A DNA stretch of 63,238 nucleotides, filler included, from Octopus bimaculoides (GCF_001194135.2; 7 parts of 6 records of this genome joined end to end with filler, not necessarily neighbours in it), one strand, 5' to 3'; shown: positions 25,501 to 37,910, counted from the whole stretch's first letter. Notes: generated from the sequence alone by a model not told the origin. Program-made: numbers and translations.

Positions 25501-26286
25501 CACCATAGCTTCTTTCTCCTCACTTAAGACACATGAACCAGACAAGGGAACTTCTGCATATTTGCTTAATGTAGCATCGTAATACCCTCCCCAACTAATT
25601 CACCATCACCACCTTTAAGAAACAAAAAAAAAAATGAGTCATGTATTGTAAATCTAACATATTGGAATAGTAAGCTCAACAATAAAGATGAAATAGCCAT
25701 GGCGAGAATTGCCAATGAAACATTGTGTTTCATCAGTTGTATCTTTATCGTAGATTAGCTTTGATCAGAGTTGATGTAGACTTGTCCAATGATAACAATG
25801 CACACAATTGTTGCTTATTTTCTGTGATTATCATTGTTACATTATTAAAAATCAATAGTTACATAAAATATAATTTCAAATACTAAAAGCTGTTAAACTT
25901 CCTCTTTTTGATGCAGGGATGTTTTACAAATTTGATTACACAAACATTTTTCTCCAAATCAAAAGGATTTTCAGCACATACCATTATTTTCTATTGGGAT
26001 TTAATTCCATGTTTTCTAGAATATTTTAGATGAAATATCAATCCTTTTATTTTTTTTTTTTTAAGCTCCAATAAATTTCCTGCTTATTAATTAGCCAAAT
26101 ATTTTTAAAATTTTATATTGAAACATTCAAATATGAATTTTATTATTCATCCTCATTATATGCAATAAATAATAATAAACACACACACAAAGCAAAATAC
26201 TTTTTTTCTTTTCAGTTTTCCTAAATATTCCCTGAGCTATATTCTATTTAAAGTTTTCTGAAATAATATTTTACTTTACATTCTAG

Positions 26287-26402
26287 TAATCAATGGGGAA
26301 AAGGCAGCTGTTAACAACCGATTATTTGCTCAGAAGCGGGAGCGAACCTTGGACATGTTAATACGTAATATCTACCAAGAATATATGCCTGAACTATCAA
26401 AG
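26287..26402 (+). CDS. GARNL3: GARNL3-like internal exon (116 nt), end of the RapGAP domain
   Basis: Boundaries ttctag| and AAG|gttagt. Encodes (L)INGEKAAVNNRLFAQKRERTLDMLIRNIYQEYMPELSK. Confidence 0.95.
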
Positions 26403-26829
26403 GTTAGTTTCTGTTAATTCACCATCTGTAATTTCTGAAATTTGCCACCTGTTTGGAGTAATGATAAACTCCAGGAGGTACTTCAAATCTGTCCAGGATG
26501 ATTCAAACCTGGTTGAAGTTTTACTTTATTCTTTTGCTGTTCCTTTATTCTTTTGCTTGTTTCAGTCATTAGACTGTGGCCATGCTGGAGCACCATCTTG
26601 AACAATTTGTTTTAGTTGAATGAATCAATCTCAGTACTGAGCTTTTTGCTAAGCTCGGGACTTAATTGATCAGCCTCTTTTGCCAAACTGCTGAGTTACA
26701 GGGATATAAATACACCAACGCTGGTTGTCAAGCAGTGGTGGAGGACAAACACAGACACAAAGACACCACCTCCCTCATTAATTAGTATTCCCTCCTCCCA
26801 GCTCAGGTAATTTTGTCTTACAGGCTAAT

Positions 26830-27045
26830 TGGTGATCTTGTCAGTGGTGTTGCTATGTACAAAGCACCCAGTTTACTCTGTAAAGTGGTTAGCATTAGGA
26901 AGAGCATCCAGCCATAAAAGCCATACAAAAACAAACAAGGGAGCTAAGTGTGGCCCCAGGCCTTTCCAGCTCCTGTCAAACCATCCATCCAATGTCAGCA
27001 TGGAAAACGGATGTTAAATGATGATGGAATGACAATGAAATGATG
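26830..27045 (+). mobile_element. SINE family D copy
   Basis: gtaaagtggttagcattaggaagagcatccagcc...ccatccatccaatgtcagcatggaaaacggatgttaaatgatgatg. Confidence 0.7.
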
Positions 27046-27064
27046 ATGATGATTTATATGAAGG

Positions 27065-27096
<32 letters not shown>

Positions 27097-27712
27097 TGCA
27101 TGCATGTATGTTTGCATGTATGCATAGAGAGAATTTACAAAAGAAACAACAGACAAAGACAGGTGGTGTTGAAAACAAATAGATGTATTAGTATAACGCT
27201 CGGGAATTGAAAAAGTCTTTTTTAACGTTTCAAGCCTATGCTCTTCTACGCATGCATGTATGTATGTATGTGAGTGTTTTTCGCTCCTTGCCTTGACATT
27301 GCATGATAGCTGTAAATAAGTGTTACTGCCATACAAGCAGTGTCATTCATTTGCAATATTTTACAAAAACATGCCTGGCCATTGGAAACAGGTAAGAGTT
27401 GATGACAAGAAGGGTATCCGTCCTTAGGAAATCTGCATCAATAAACCCCCTGTCCAAACCATGCAAGCATGGAAAAGTGGACATGAAACTGATGATGATG
27501 ATGATAATTATCTATACCATGATCTTTTATAGGGCATTTGAGACTACCTGGAGAGAGGAATTAGGTTATTTGCCAACCAGAGACAGGTCTCAAATGCTTG
27601 CAACAGAGCTGATGTCACTAAAGGCATCCAAGGACTGAGCAACAATCATTGAAACTATTGACCCATTTGCATTCAGAAAATTCTCTCAAATTCAATATTT
27701 ATTTAATCATCT

Positions 27713-28271
27713 CATCATCATCATCATCATCATTTAACATCCGTTTTCCATACTGGCATGGGTTGGATGGTTTGAATGATAAGCTGCGTTTGAATGATAA
27801 GCTGCACCAGGTTCCAATCTGATTTGGCATGGTTTCTACAGTTGGAAGCCCTTCCCAACACCAACCACTTCAAGAGTGTAGTGGGTGATTTTTATGTGTC
27901 ACTGGCACAGGTGTCAGTTACGAAACACCAGCATCGGTCAAAACTGTAATCTCACTTGGCTGAACAGGTATTCCTGAGAATGGTATGTTGCCAAAGGTCT
28001 CAGTCACTTGTCACTACCTCCATGAGGCCCAAATTTTGAAGGATGCTTTTTACATAGTCTTTTACTCTTTTACTTGTTTCAGTCATTTGACTGCGGCCAT
28101 GCTGGAGCACCGCCTTTATAGTCGAGCAAATCGACCCTAGAGCTTATTCTTTGTAAGCCTAGTACTTATTCTATCTGTCTCTTTTGCCAAACCGCTAAGT
28201 TACGGGGACACAAACACACTAGCATTGGTTGTCAAGCGATGCTGGACGGACAAAAAAAAACATATACACAC

Positions 28272-28320
<49 letters not shown>

Positions 28321-28475
28321 CGACAGGCTTCTTCCAGTTTCCGTCTACCAAATCCACTCACAAGACTTTGGTCGGCCCGGGGCTATAGTAGAAGACACTT
28401 GCCCAAGGTGCCATGCAGTGAGACTGAACCTGGGACCATGTGGTTGGTAAGCAAGCTACTTACCACACGGCCACA
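27713..28475 (-). mobile_element. Adjacent minus-strand SINE D (27713-28055) and CORE-SINE A (28059-28475)
   Basis: tcatcatcatttaacatccgttttccatactggcatgggttggatgg (D tail, reversed), then ttacttgtttcagtcatttgactgcggccatgc...gacacttgcccaaggtgcc...ctacttaccacacggcc (A, reversed). Confidence 0.8.
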
Positions 28476-29237
28476 TTATCTTGTTGCTTCAAGATTTTGA
28501 CGATGTGACTATTTATTTTTAGAATGATATTGTTGGCTGGATCTGGCCAGTTTGAACATAAAGCATGTAGAATAATTTGGCCAGATATAGCCAGTTTAGG
28601 TGCTAGCCAAACAGTTAACCCTTTAACATCTGTTTTTTAGTTCAGACCTAAAATGAACTTCCATTACTGTGTGCTAAAATGAGCTATAAATTGAATTTGT
28701 CAACCACTTCTATATCAACCATTAGTTTATCAAAAGCTGTAGTACAGATAAATCCCATGAGTGAGAAGGTTAATTTACACAGCAATTAACTATTGGAAAA
28801 CTGTCAAACTGTGTTGTCTGTATTAAACTGCATAACAAATGAAGTCTACCACTCAAAATTTAATGTCACATGTAATCATAACCAGCTTGGAAGCCATACT
28901 AAGATTTAGACTACACAGAGAGTGTGAAAACAATGAAATTTGAATTATTCCTATGGTATAGGCACAGGCATGGATGTGTGGTTAACAGGCTTGCTTCTCA
29001 ACCATGTAGTCTTGGGTTCAGTCCCACTATGCAGCATCTTGAGCAAGTATCATCTACTATAGCCCTGGGCCAATCAAAGCCTTGTGAGTGGATTTAGTAG
29101 AGAAACTGAAAGAAGCTCATGTGCATATATATATGTATATATATATATGTATGTATGTACATATATGTATGTATATATATATACATATGCTTGTATATAT
29201 ATATATTTATGTATGTATGTATATATATATAGATATG

Positions 29238-29296
<59 letters not shown>

Positions 29297-29396
29297 NNNN
29301 NNNNNNNNNNNNNNNNNNNNNNNNNNNNNNNNNNNNNNNNTTAATTAATTAANNNNNNNNNNNNNNNNNNNNNNNNNNNNNNNNNNNNNNNNNNNN
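29297..29396. other. Artificial scaffold spacer: N44-TTAATTAATTAA-N44 (1 of 6)
   Basis: Linker at 29341-29352, with TAA stops in all six frames. Identical linkers occur at 37292-37303, 42549-42560, 46120-46131, 47995-48006 and 50558-50569, each centred in a block of about 100 nt. Confidence 0.97.
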
Positions 29397-29455
<59 letters not shown>

Positions 29456-30084
29456 ATAATATTGGAAATGATTTCGAGTCCTTTTTGTGTCTTTTGACGA
29501 GAAACATTCACGCCTAGAATGTCTTTGATTCTGTTTAATAAAGTTTGGGCTGGAGCAAACGAATAATAACAAATGCTGCAGCACCCATCATAGCTACATC
29601 GCTTCGGCACCGTAACACAAGACAAATAAATTATGGTGTAGAATGGAGAAGCAATCGAAGCAAACTATATTAAAAGGAAAGAAGAAGACAAAAGAGATTA
29701 AAATCTAAACTTATAATGGGTAGATGCGGTCGGGTAACGCTAAGTAGAGGATGGTTGACTTTTAACTAACTACGGAGATGTGGAGCCAGTAAAGAAACAC
29801 TTACCGAAAGGTTGTGAAATTTCCTGTTGCTATGGTGAATGACAGTGATAGAATATGTGATGTGTAGCTTTGGAGCGGGTATGTCTTTAGACAAATTTAG
29901 ATCTGCTCACAGAGATGTTTCAATAGAAAATTGTTCAATGAAAATCTGATGACGACAGGTGTTGTCTGGTAAGAAATACACTTAAGTGATGTTGTGTAGC
30001 ATGTATTTTAGTAGCAGCAGACAGGACGATAACATCGAGAAAGAGGCTGTTTGCGCGATGGGGACAGAGAGAGAGAGAGAGAGG

Positions 30085-30162
<78 letters not shown>

Positions 30163-30743
30163 AGACTAGGGAAGCTGTGTTCAGGCTGATGTAAGACTAT
30201 CAATAAATTCTTGACGTATACATTTAATCAGCGAGTGTTTCTGTAGATAGAGACACTTATCTTCATAAACTACTACGTGTGCGTTTGTGCGTGTGTGGAG
30301 CTATTTGTAAAAGTGTTCAGCGTGTAGACAGTGTCGCCGAGGCATAAATCGATATCAAGGGAACACACTGCTTCGATGAGAGAAATACGAGATGACACGT
30401 AATTGATGACAGAGGTGTTGTTGAGGGGCTGGGTGGGGAAATACAGCAGACACACATTGTGAGTATGTATGTATAAAAATCTTGTGTCACAAAAACGAAA
30501 TCGCAGCAAGAATCTTGCAAACCAAACACAAAATTAAAGTGTATATGCATATATATATATATGTGTGCGTGTGTTTGTGTGTGTGTGTGTATCTTAGTAT
30601 TCTAAATAGGATCCGTAGATGGGACGAATCAAGCTGTTATTAAATAAATTTATAAGGAACTGACAGCGAAACTATTAAGTGTTAAACTCTTCCGTTGTGT
30701 TTGTCCACTCAGTAGTGTGAGCGCATGTGTGTTTGTGTGTATA

Positions 30744-30967
30744 CAGGGTGACCCAAAAGTAGATGGACTGTAAATAATAACATTTACTTTGAGATTACAT
30801 ATTAATACAATTAAATTTTGATAAACAATTATTACATATACAATTAAATATTATTGTATGCAATAATGCAATTCAAAAGCACTGAAAATTTTATCAACGC
30901 AGGTTATGGTATAACCCTGACAGAAACCCTATTCAACCTTCTGTCCACTTACTTCTGGTTCGCGCTG
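30744..30967. mobile_element. Tc1/mariner-type MITE
   Basis: TA-cagggtgacccaaaagtagatggac ... gtccacttacttctggttcgcgctg-TA: imperfect TIRs with TA target duplication. Confidence 0.7.
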
Positions 30968-31270
30968 TATATTGTATATATATATATATATATATATTTA
31001 TGTATGTATTTATTTATTTATTTATGTAAGTATGTATGTATGTATGTATGTGCACGCACGCGAGCGCATCCTATCAGTATAACCTGTTTATTGTGAAAGC
31101 TTTAGGACGCAGCCTTTTCACAAGTACAGGCTGATAACTTTAAACAATTAAAGTGTTGGTGATTCCTTTCATTTTATAACATTACCCCGATTATAATAAG
31201 TGGCTTCTGCTATGTGTGCGAATATACATACATACACATGCATACAAACATACATACAGATATGCATACA

Positions 31271-31315
<45 letters not shown>

Positions 31316-31460
31316 TAGGGTAAGAAGAAAAGATTAAATGGCGTGGAAAAGGTGGGTAGGAGAAGGCAGCAGTAAAAATGGGGCAGAAGAATGACAGAAA
31401 AAGCAGTGGAGTCGGTTGTTACATCTGTGAATCAGATGTTCCGACTGTGCGTGTGTGCTT

Positions 31461-31522
<62 letters not shown>

Positions 31523-31819
31523 CCTTTCTAGTATAGACACAAGGTCTGAAATTTTCAGTGAAGGGATTAAGTCGATTACATCGACCTCAGTGATTCACTG
31601 GTATTTAATTTATCGACTCCAAAAGAATGAAAGGCAAAGTTGACTAAGAAGGAGGAGGAGGAAGAGTGGGAGGTAGGGAGGGGGAGGGAGTGAGAGTAGG
31701 AAGGGAGGAAAAACTTGTTTACTTATTCTGTTTACATCTTGCGTAAATCAGGTGAAATATACGTAATGAACTTAAGTTACGAGAACATGAGAAATGAAAT
31801 AAAAATATAGACAGTAGTG

Positions 31820-31862
<43 letters not shown>

Positions 31863-32099
31863 CAGCAGCAGTAGTAGTAGCAGTAGTAGACGATGTTAAT
31901 GCGATGACTGGTGTGTCCAGTAAAAGGGACTCAGTCTACTCAGAATGAAAAGAAGAGCGGCTTTTAACAACAGAGTTCGTCTTATATTCTCACTCTTGGC
32001 CTCAGAATCTTCTCGATGACATTATTCACCAAAGAAGTCTGCTTATTAATGAATGAAGATGCGCCAGTTTGTTTCGTCACAGGTGAAATCTCCTCATTG

Positions 32100-32300
32100 T
32101 TGACGCTAATGTTGCCGTTTTTCTGTTTATTCAAGACATCACTGAAGCGCCTCAAGTGTCTCCTTGATTTTCATGTTTTCTTTCTCATTTGTCCGTAGAC
32201 AATATGCTTTGGAAGTCGTTTAACATCCATTGGAGTCATATATTCTACCCACTGAAGGCAGTTCTTGGTGATGGTGTCTTTAAAACTGGAGGTTCTTCTT
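32100..32300 (-). mobile_element. Decayed LINE (RTE-like) C-terminal fragment
   Basis: The minus strand reads 'DTITKNCLQWVEYMTPMDVKRLPKHIVYGQMRKKT*KSRRHLRRFSDVL', resembling LRW.GHV.RM...RLPK.I.YG...R.R..KR..D. Confidence 0.55.
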
Positions 32301-32769
32301 TCCTTGAGGGAAGAAAATTAAACTACACTCTCTACTGGAAAATGTAATTCTCTAAGAAACCCTGAACCCAGCAGTTGCATGTGCTTTCGATCTTCTTTCG
32401 AAGAGGTTTGAGCATTTTTTCTCGTTGTCACTGAACGAATGATGAGCAAAAGCCTTCGCCATGTCAGAAACGAACTCGTCTCTGTGTGGAACACACATGT
32501 TCCAAGCCTTGATGCTGATGGTAACGATTCTGGTCATAATATCTTCAGCAACATCAGAACAACTAGAACACAATAACACAAAGGGGAAACAAGAATTGCA
32601 GCAGCAGCAACAACAATAGTAAACGATAACTGTAGCAAAAAAAAAAAAACCAACAATAAAAACATGAACATCAACAAGAACAAGAATATATATCTCAACA
32701 GCAAGAAAAGCAACAGCCGATAACACGTCCACAACATGGACGCATAATCTGCTAAGAATAGCAGCTAAA

Positions 32770-32910
32770 GTCTAATCCAACCTATTACCCTTATTGAAAC
32801 CATTAAACTGTCCCTAACTGTAACCCTAATTTTGAACTCTAATCCTAACCCTAATCTTTATCCGTATCACAACCCTTAATTTAACTTTAATCCTTAGCCT
32901 ACCCCTAAAC
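32770..32910. repeat. Degenerate telomere-like (CCCTAA)n hexamer tract
   Basis: Scattered ccctaa, cctaac, ctaatc and taaccc units, e.g. ccctaactgtaaccctaat...ctaatcctaaccctaatc. Confidence 0.5.
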
Positions 32911-35322
32911 TTTTTCTCTCACACTTACTAAAATGTCAGCCAGGTAGAAATAGGTTGCAGTGAAGTGTGTAGTTAAATAACCAGCAAAAATTAAGCTGAT
33001 GGAACAGACCTGACCTTGTGTTAAAGAACAACAATGACATCGAGAATGGAGTGATTGTGTTTTGTGGGAGAGTTCAAATCCTGCCGAGAACAACATATTT
33101 CATCTTCCCTACATCGATAGAATAAATGCTGTGATCGATTTAATTAGTTACTTCCTTTCACTAAATTTCTGAATCTGGGACTAATTACGAATCAGTAATT
33201 AGGAGTGGAATGGAAAAGTCGTTTGTGCATCGTACACAATATGGTTCTTTACGTTCTGAGTTCAATTCCTTGTTACATTAATTTCGCTTACTCAATCATG
33301 CCATTCATGAATCATGGAAGACTCTCAAAATAAACAATCCTCAATCAAAATTACTTTCGTTTGATAATATATATATACAACTCTGGCATCAAGTTGCACA
33401 AAATATTTCATCATCACCGCCATACATATTTCTTTGAAATAATCCGTCACCATTGTCTCCCTTATAACTACCAAGCAAGAGATATCGCTGATTTGAATTT
33501 TGAAAAACCCTTTTGGCCAATATCAATTCGTCAAAAAAGCTTTATTTAAAACAGTATTAACAAAAAGAATAATATTTTATGACGAAAGCGAAAAATAATT
33601 TTTTCGCTGTCAAATTTCAAAAACGCATTAAAAACCCGCCTTCTGCTGAACCAAACTCATTTATGAACTTTCTTTTAAAGACCTACAGTATTTATACCAT
33701 TTGTCATATTTTATATTTACAGACTTTTAAAGAGATTCACTTTTTTATATACGCTTTTGACCGCCTTGCTTGCATGCAAAGAATGTTTGTTTTTTTTCAT
33801 AATCATTGACCTATCAATTTATTTTTTTTTATTTCTTAGCCTCCTACCAACTTGCCCAAATCAGTCAAGCTGCTAAAGAGCTTAGCCAGATTTTTTATGA
33901 AATTTCTGAAGAAAATTTTGGTTTTGTAATCTTTACTTATTGTAATCGTTAAAAAAGTATTCGATGTAAATTGGATTAATAAATTTATTTCTTTATTCAT
34001 TTATTTATTTATTTATTTATTTATTCTAGGGTCGATACTTGATTATGGCTAATCCATATATGTAGCATTGTTTTACTATAAAGAGAGAATTTGATGAAGA
34101 TGATGTCGCTGATCTGTGTTATGTCATCTACAAAGCTTTCACTGTTGCAGTCCAATCGGTTGTAAAGAGGTTCCATGACATCATCTGTTCAGCCGACATT
34201 AAATATGTGACATGAAATAACAGAGAACGCTGATGGACATCAGTTTCACCTGAAGTCAGCTTTGATCTTAGGGACACCTAATTAAAGGCCTTCCATCTGT
34301 GATAATGCTATCCTTCATTCAGATTCAGAATATCTTGATTTACATTACTGAATGTAGAATTTCGTCATAGTTTTAAAAGTAGAATGGGATTTGGGGGAGA
34401 TTTGAATGTTATTATTCATTTCAAGTGGCACAAGGCCAGCTATTACAGAAGAGGAAGAGAATCGATTATATCGATCACAGTACTCAACTAGTACTTATCG
34501 ATCTCCGAAAGGATGAACGGCGAAGTCGACTTAAAGGAATTTGAACCATGAACGTAATGACGGACAAAATGCTGCTAAGCACTTTGTCCGGCATGGTAAT
34601 TCTTCGCTAGTTCACTTTTTAACAAATAGAAAATGCGGCATTTTGTCCGTCTTTATATTCTGCGTTCAAATTCCTCTGAGTTCGACTTTGCCTTTCATCC
34701 TTTCGAGAAAATAAGTACAATTTGAACATTGGAATCGATGGAACGGACATAACATATCCTCCAGAGTTGCTGGCCTGACAGAATGGAAAACTAAGACATC
34801 CAATTACCGCCTCCAATCCGGCAGTAAACAGCCAGAGTGTAATATACTCTTGTTTTGTTTTTCTATGCAAGTAGCAAGAGACGAGTTAAAATTTTACGAG
34901 AGATAAAACTTAGTAAAACACATTTGTCAAATTAGAGAGCCTTGCAGTTAAGAGGTATGTTTCGAATCCACCCGAGAACAGTTACTATTAAACACCTTTT
35001 TTCTTCCCAAACCCTTGGTCAACCAAAGCCTTATGTGCAAAATTTAGAAGACGGAAACTGTTTGATATTCTTAGTGGGTGTAATGAATCACCGGATTTAA
35101 CATCACTCATTGCAACTCGGCTGCCTTAAACTCTCTGTGGATAAAATTTGTGCCAAGGTCTCTAATTTGAGAAAAAACTACCTCGAACAGTCTGAGAGAC
35201 CCTGAAAAAATGTCAAAAACGCTGGCCTCCCTCTTTTTGGCAAAGCGATGAAAGGAAAAAATATTTCATCACATTGTGATTATTAAATCCAATTATAGCA
35301 AACGGGATAAAACGATGAATCA

Positions 35323-35361
<39 letters not shown>

Positions 35362-35611
35362 TATATACGTGCATGCAGCCACATACACATCCACACATCC
35401 ACACATCCACACACACACACACATATTTGCTTGCATGCGTACAGATACATGCTCTCATACATACATACATACATATTCACCTATGAAGTTAAAGTGGCGA
35501 ACTAGTAGAATCTGTAGAGTGTCGGACAAAAAATAGAGTAGCATTTGGTTCGGCTCTTTACATTGTGAGTTCAAATTCGACTGAGGTCGGATTCGAGGTT
35601 AATATAACAGG

Positions 35612-35790
35612 TAAGGCGGCGAGCTGGCAGAAACGTTAGCGTGCCGGGCGAAATGCTTAACGGTATTTCGTCTACCGTCACGTTCTGAGTTCAAATTCCA
35701 CTGCGGTCGATTTTGCCTTTCATCTTTTCGGGATAGATAAATTAAGTACCAGTTGCGTACTGGGATCGTTCTAATCGACCGGCCACCTTG
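35612..35790 (+). mobile_element. SINE family B, well-preserved CpG-rich copy
   Basis: aaggcggcgagctggcagaaacgttagcgtgccgggcgaaatgc...gttctgagttcaaattcc...ttgcctttcatc...gataaattaagtaccagttg. Confidence 0.85.
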
Positions 35791-36099
35791 TTAATGAGTG
35801 GATTTTAATTGTAAAAATCTAAGTATTTTACCTTTTTTGCGATGAGTCGTTTTGTTTGTGAGAATGTTTTCAAGAAAAGTAGAAAAAGAGGAGAATTTTT
35901 GAAGGAACAGAATAAAGAAAAGAGAATAACAACAGCTTGTATGCAGGATTCAGAGAAGAGATTTAATTCAGAAAACAAACAGCAAGTGTAATAGAATAAA
36001 CGATGTCTGTGAGATGAGGGTGGGGATACTTCATCAAAAACATCGCCGTTTCTTTCTCTGCTCTTACAGTAGCGAAGGACAGTAGTACATAGATCTTGA

Positions 36100-36340
36100 A
36101 CTTGACCTTTGGCAAGTTCAAGAGGAAACACGTGAACAAAACACTGACTTGTACATAGTCTTTGTTGACTTGACCAAGACCTTTGGTACAGTAAATCGTG
36201 ATGCGCTCTGGAGAATTTTGTCAAAAGTTGGTCTTCCTCATAAAATGGTAAGAGTAATAATATCGCTGCATAAACGAATGATGGCAACAGTGATATCTAG
36301 AATTCAATGTTCAGAGGCGTTTTTCTGTTGCCATTGGAAC
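36100..36340 (+). mobile_element. RTE-clade LINE reverse-transcriptase fragment
   Basis: 'QVQEETREQNTDLYIVFVDLTKTFGTVNRDALWRILSKVGLPHKMVRVIISLHKRMMATV' matches the RTE RT motif RQLQEK.REQ...LYI.FVDL.KAFD.V.R..LW..L. The catalytic-region D is changed to G. Confidence 0.9.
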
Positions 36341-36991
36341 CAAACATTGGATGTGTTTTCACGTTCTTCTGAATGGTGCTCCAACAAAAAAAGTATGAGG
36401 TTTTTGAGACAGGAGAGAGAGAAAAAAGCAGAGAGAAGGGAAAGAAAGAAAGGAGGAAAGAAAGAAAGAAAGAAAGAAAGGGAGAGAAAAAAAAGAAAGA
36501 AAGAAATTGGAATGATATTGATGGAGAGCATTTTGAGATGTTGGAAAAGTGAAACGTTTAACTTCACTTTGTGATATAGATATGTTAATGGATTATCTGA
36601 ACATTCTATAACAACACCTGGTACTGTTGTTGTCGTTATTGTAGTGGTGGTAGCCGTTGTTGTTGTCATAAATGTTACAACCTTCGTTGAGTCGAAACTG
36701 ACTATAGAAAGAACCGCTCCACCCCAATACCTTCTCTCACTTCTTCTCTTCTACACTTTCTCTCTCTCTCTCCCTCTCTCTCGCTCGCTAACCACTTTCC
36801 ACATCGTCACATTTACAGTTTAATCTGATTTCATCGACTGATTATAAGCAATCTTTAATGTATGGAGATCCGTATCTTTCCACGTGCCCCAGCACTTCGT
36901 ATCTTGATAAATATCTACGTATACATTACATACGCACATTCACACTTCACACACACACATGCATATATATATATATAAATAAATATCATAA

Positions 36992-37119
36992 TGGGTATCT
37001 AAGAGATTCCACCATGCGTGAAATAGTAGCCAAAACTTGACTCTAAAACCACATTAGTGTGGTTTTAGAGTCAGGTTTTGGCTACTATTTCAAGCATGGT
37101 CGTATCTTTTAGATACCCT
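36992..37119. mobile_element. Fold-back element: 61-bp arms, 4-nt loop, flanked by TAA (PIF/Harbinger-type MITE candidate)
   Basis: 36993-37053 pairs with 37058-37118 with no indels, 3 mismatches and 2 G.U pairs. TAA lies at 36989-36991 and at 37120-37122. Confidence 0.7.
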
Positions 37120-37213
37120 TAATTATAATTTTAATAATAATTATTACCTTTTGAAGTTTTTATTCCCATGCTGGCCACCTGATAGGATCGGTACTTTAAA
37201 TAACGATCTTATC

Positions 37214-37247
<34 letters not shown>

Positions 37248-37347
37248 NNNNNNNNNNNNNNNNNNNNNNNNNNNNNNNNNNNNNNNNNNNNTTAATTAAT
37301 TAANNNNNNNNNNNNNNNNNNNNNNNNNNNNNNNNNNNNNNNNNNNN

Positions 37348-37910
37348 CTGGTCGTTGACCACGTAACACAGCCAGCCAGTTTCCAGCGACGACATCAACA
37401 CCATTGTTCAACTGATTACTACAACTTACGTCGCCAACGTCAACATGACTTCTCCACGTACACAAGCAACCGCAGCTTCTCTTCTCAACCTTGTTTGTGT
37501 GAATTGCCTCACCACGAAATAACAGCCAGAATTCGACACCTGCGAGAAACCCATCTGTATCAAGAATCCGGCCCGGCATAGAAGCCTCAACTGCACGACA
37601 AGTGACTTAGCTCTGCCTCAACCTTAACCTCTTATATACAGACTTTCTAACTACTGTGTACCTTAACAGAACTGGTATTTTCCTATCCGTGTTACAGACT
37701 CTTATCTATACTCTGTATTTCTTGCATTCACATACATATATTTGTATACACACTCTTTGTTTACATGACGGCCTGTCTTATATTGTGCTTTATTATGTCG
37801 CATTCACTCACACACAGACATACAGTTTAATGCTCTAATAAACCTTACTGTTATTCATCTTTATCGGTTGAGTCATCTTCTATCTTTACCTTACTGGCAT
37901 TTACTAGCTC
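37348..37910 (+). repeat. Possible solo LTR or LTR-like fragment
   Basis: A CpG-rich segment followed by a pyrimidine-rich tract with AATAAA (about 37837). There is no coding similarity, and the 5' end is cut by the spacer. Confidence 0.3.

Noticed and set aside
25125-25545. Overlapping poly-Ala/Val, poly-Thr and His/Cys ORFs on both strands
   Set aside because: They arise from a triplet repeat attached to a LINE tail inside a GARNL3 intron; no splice signals or domain were found.
32352-32732. 126-aa minus-strand ORF
   Set aside because: The N-terminal half is low-complexity repeat. The rest has no recognisable domain and lies next to a LINE remnant.
34081-34215. 44-codon open stretch 'REFDEDDVADLCYVIYKAF...'
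   Set aside because: It is only vaguely GNAT-like, has no good acceptor or start, ends in a stop and is too short to support.
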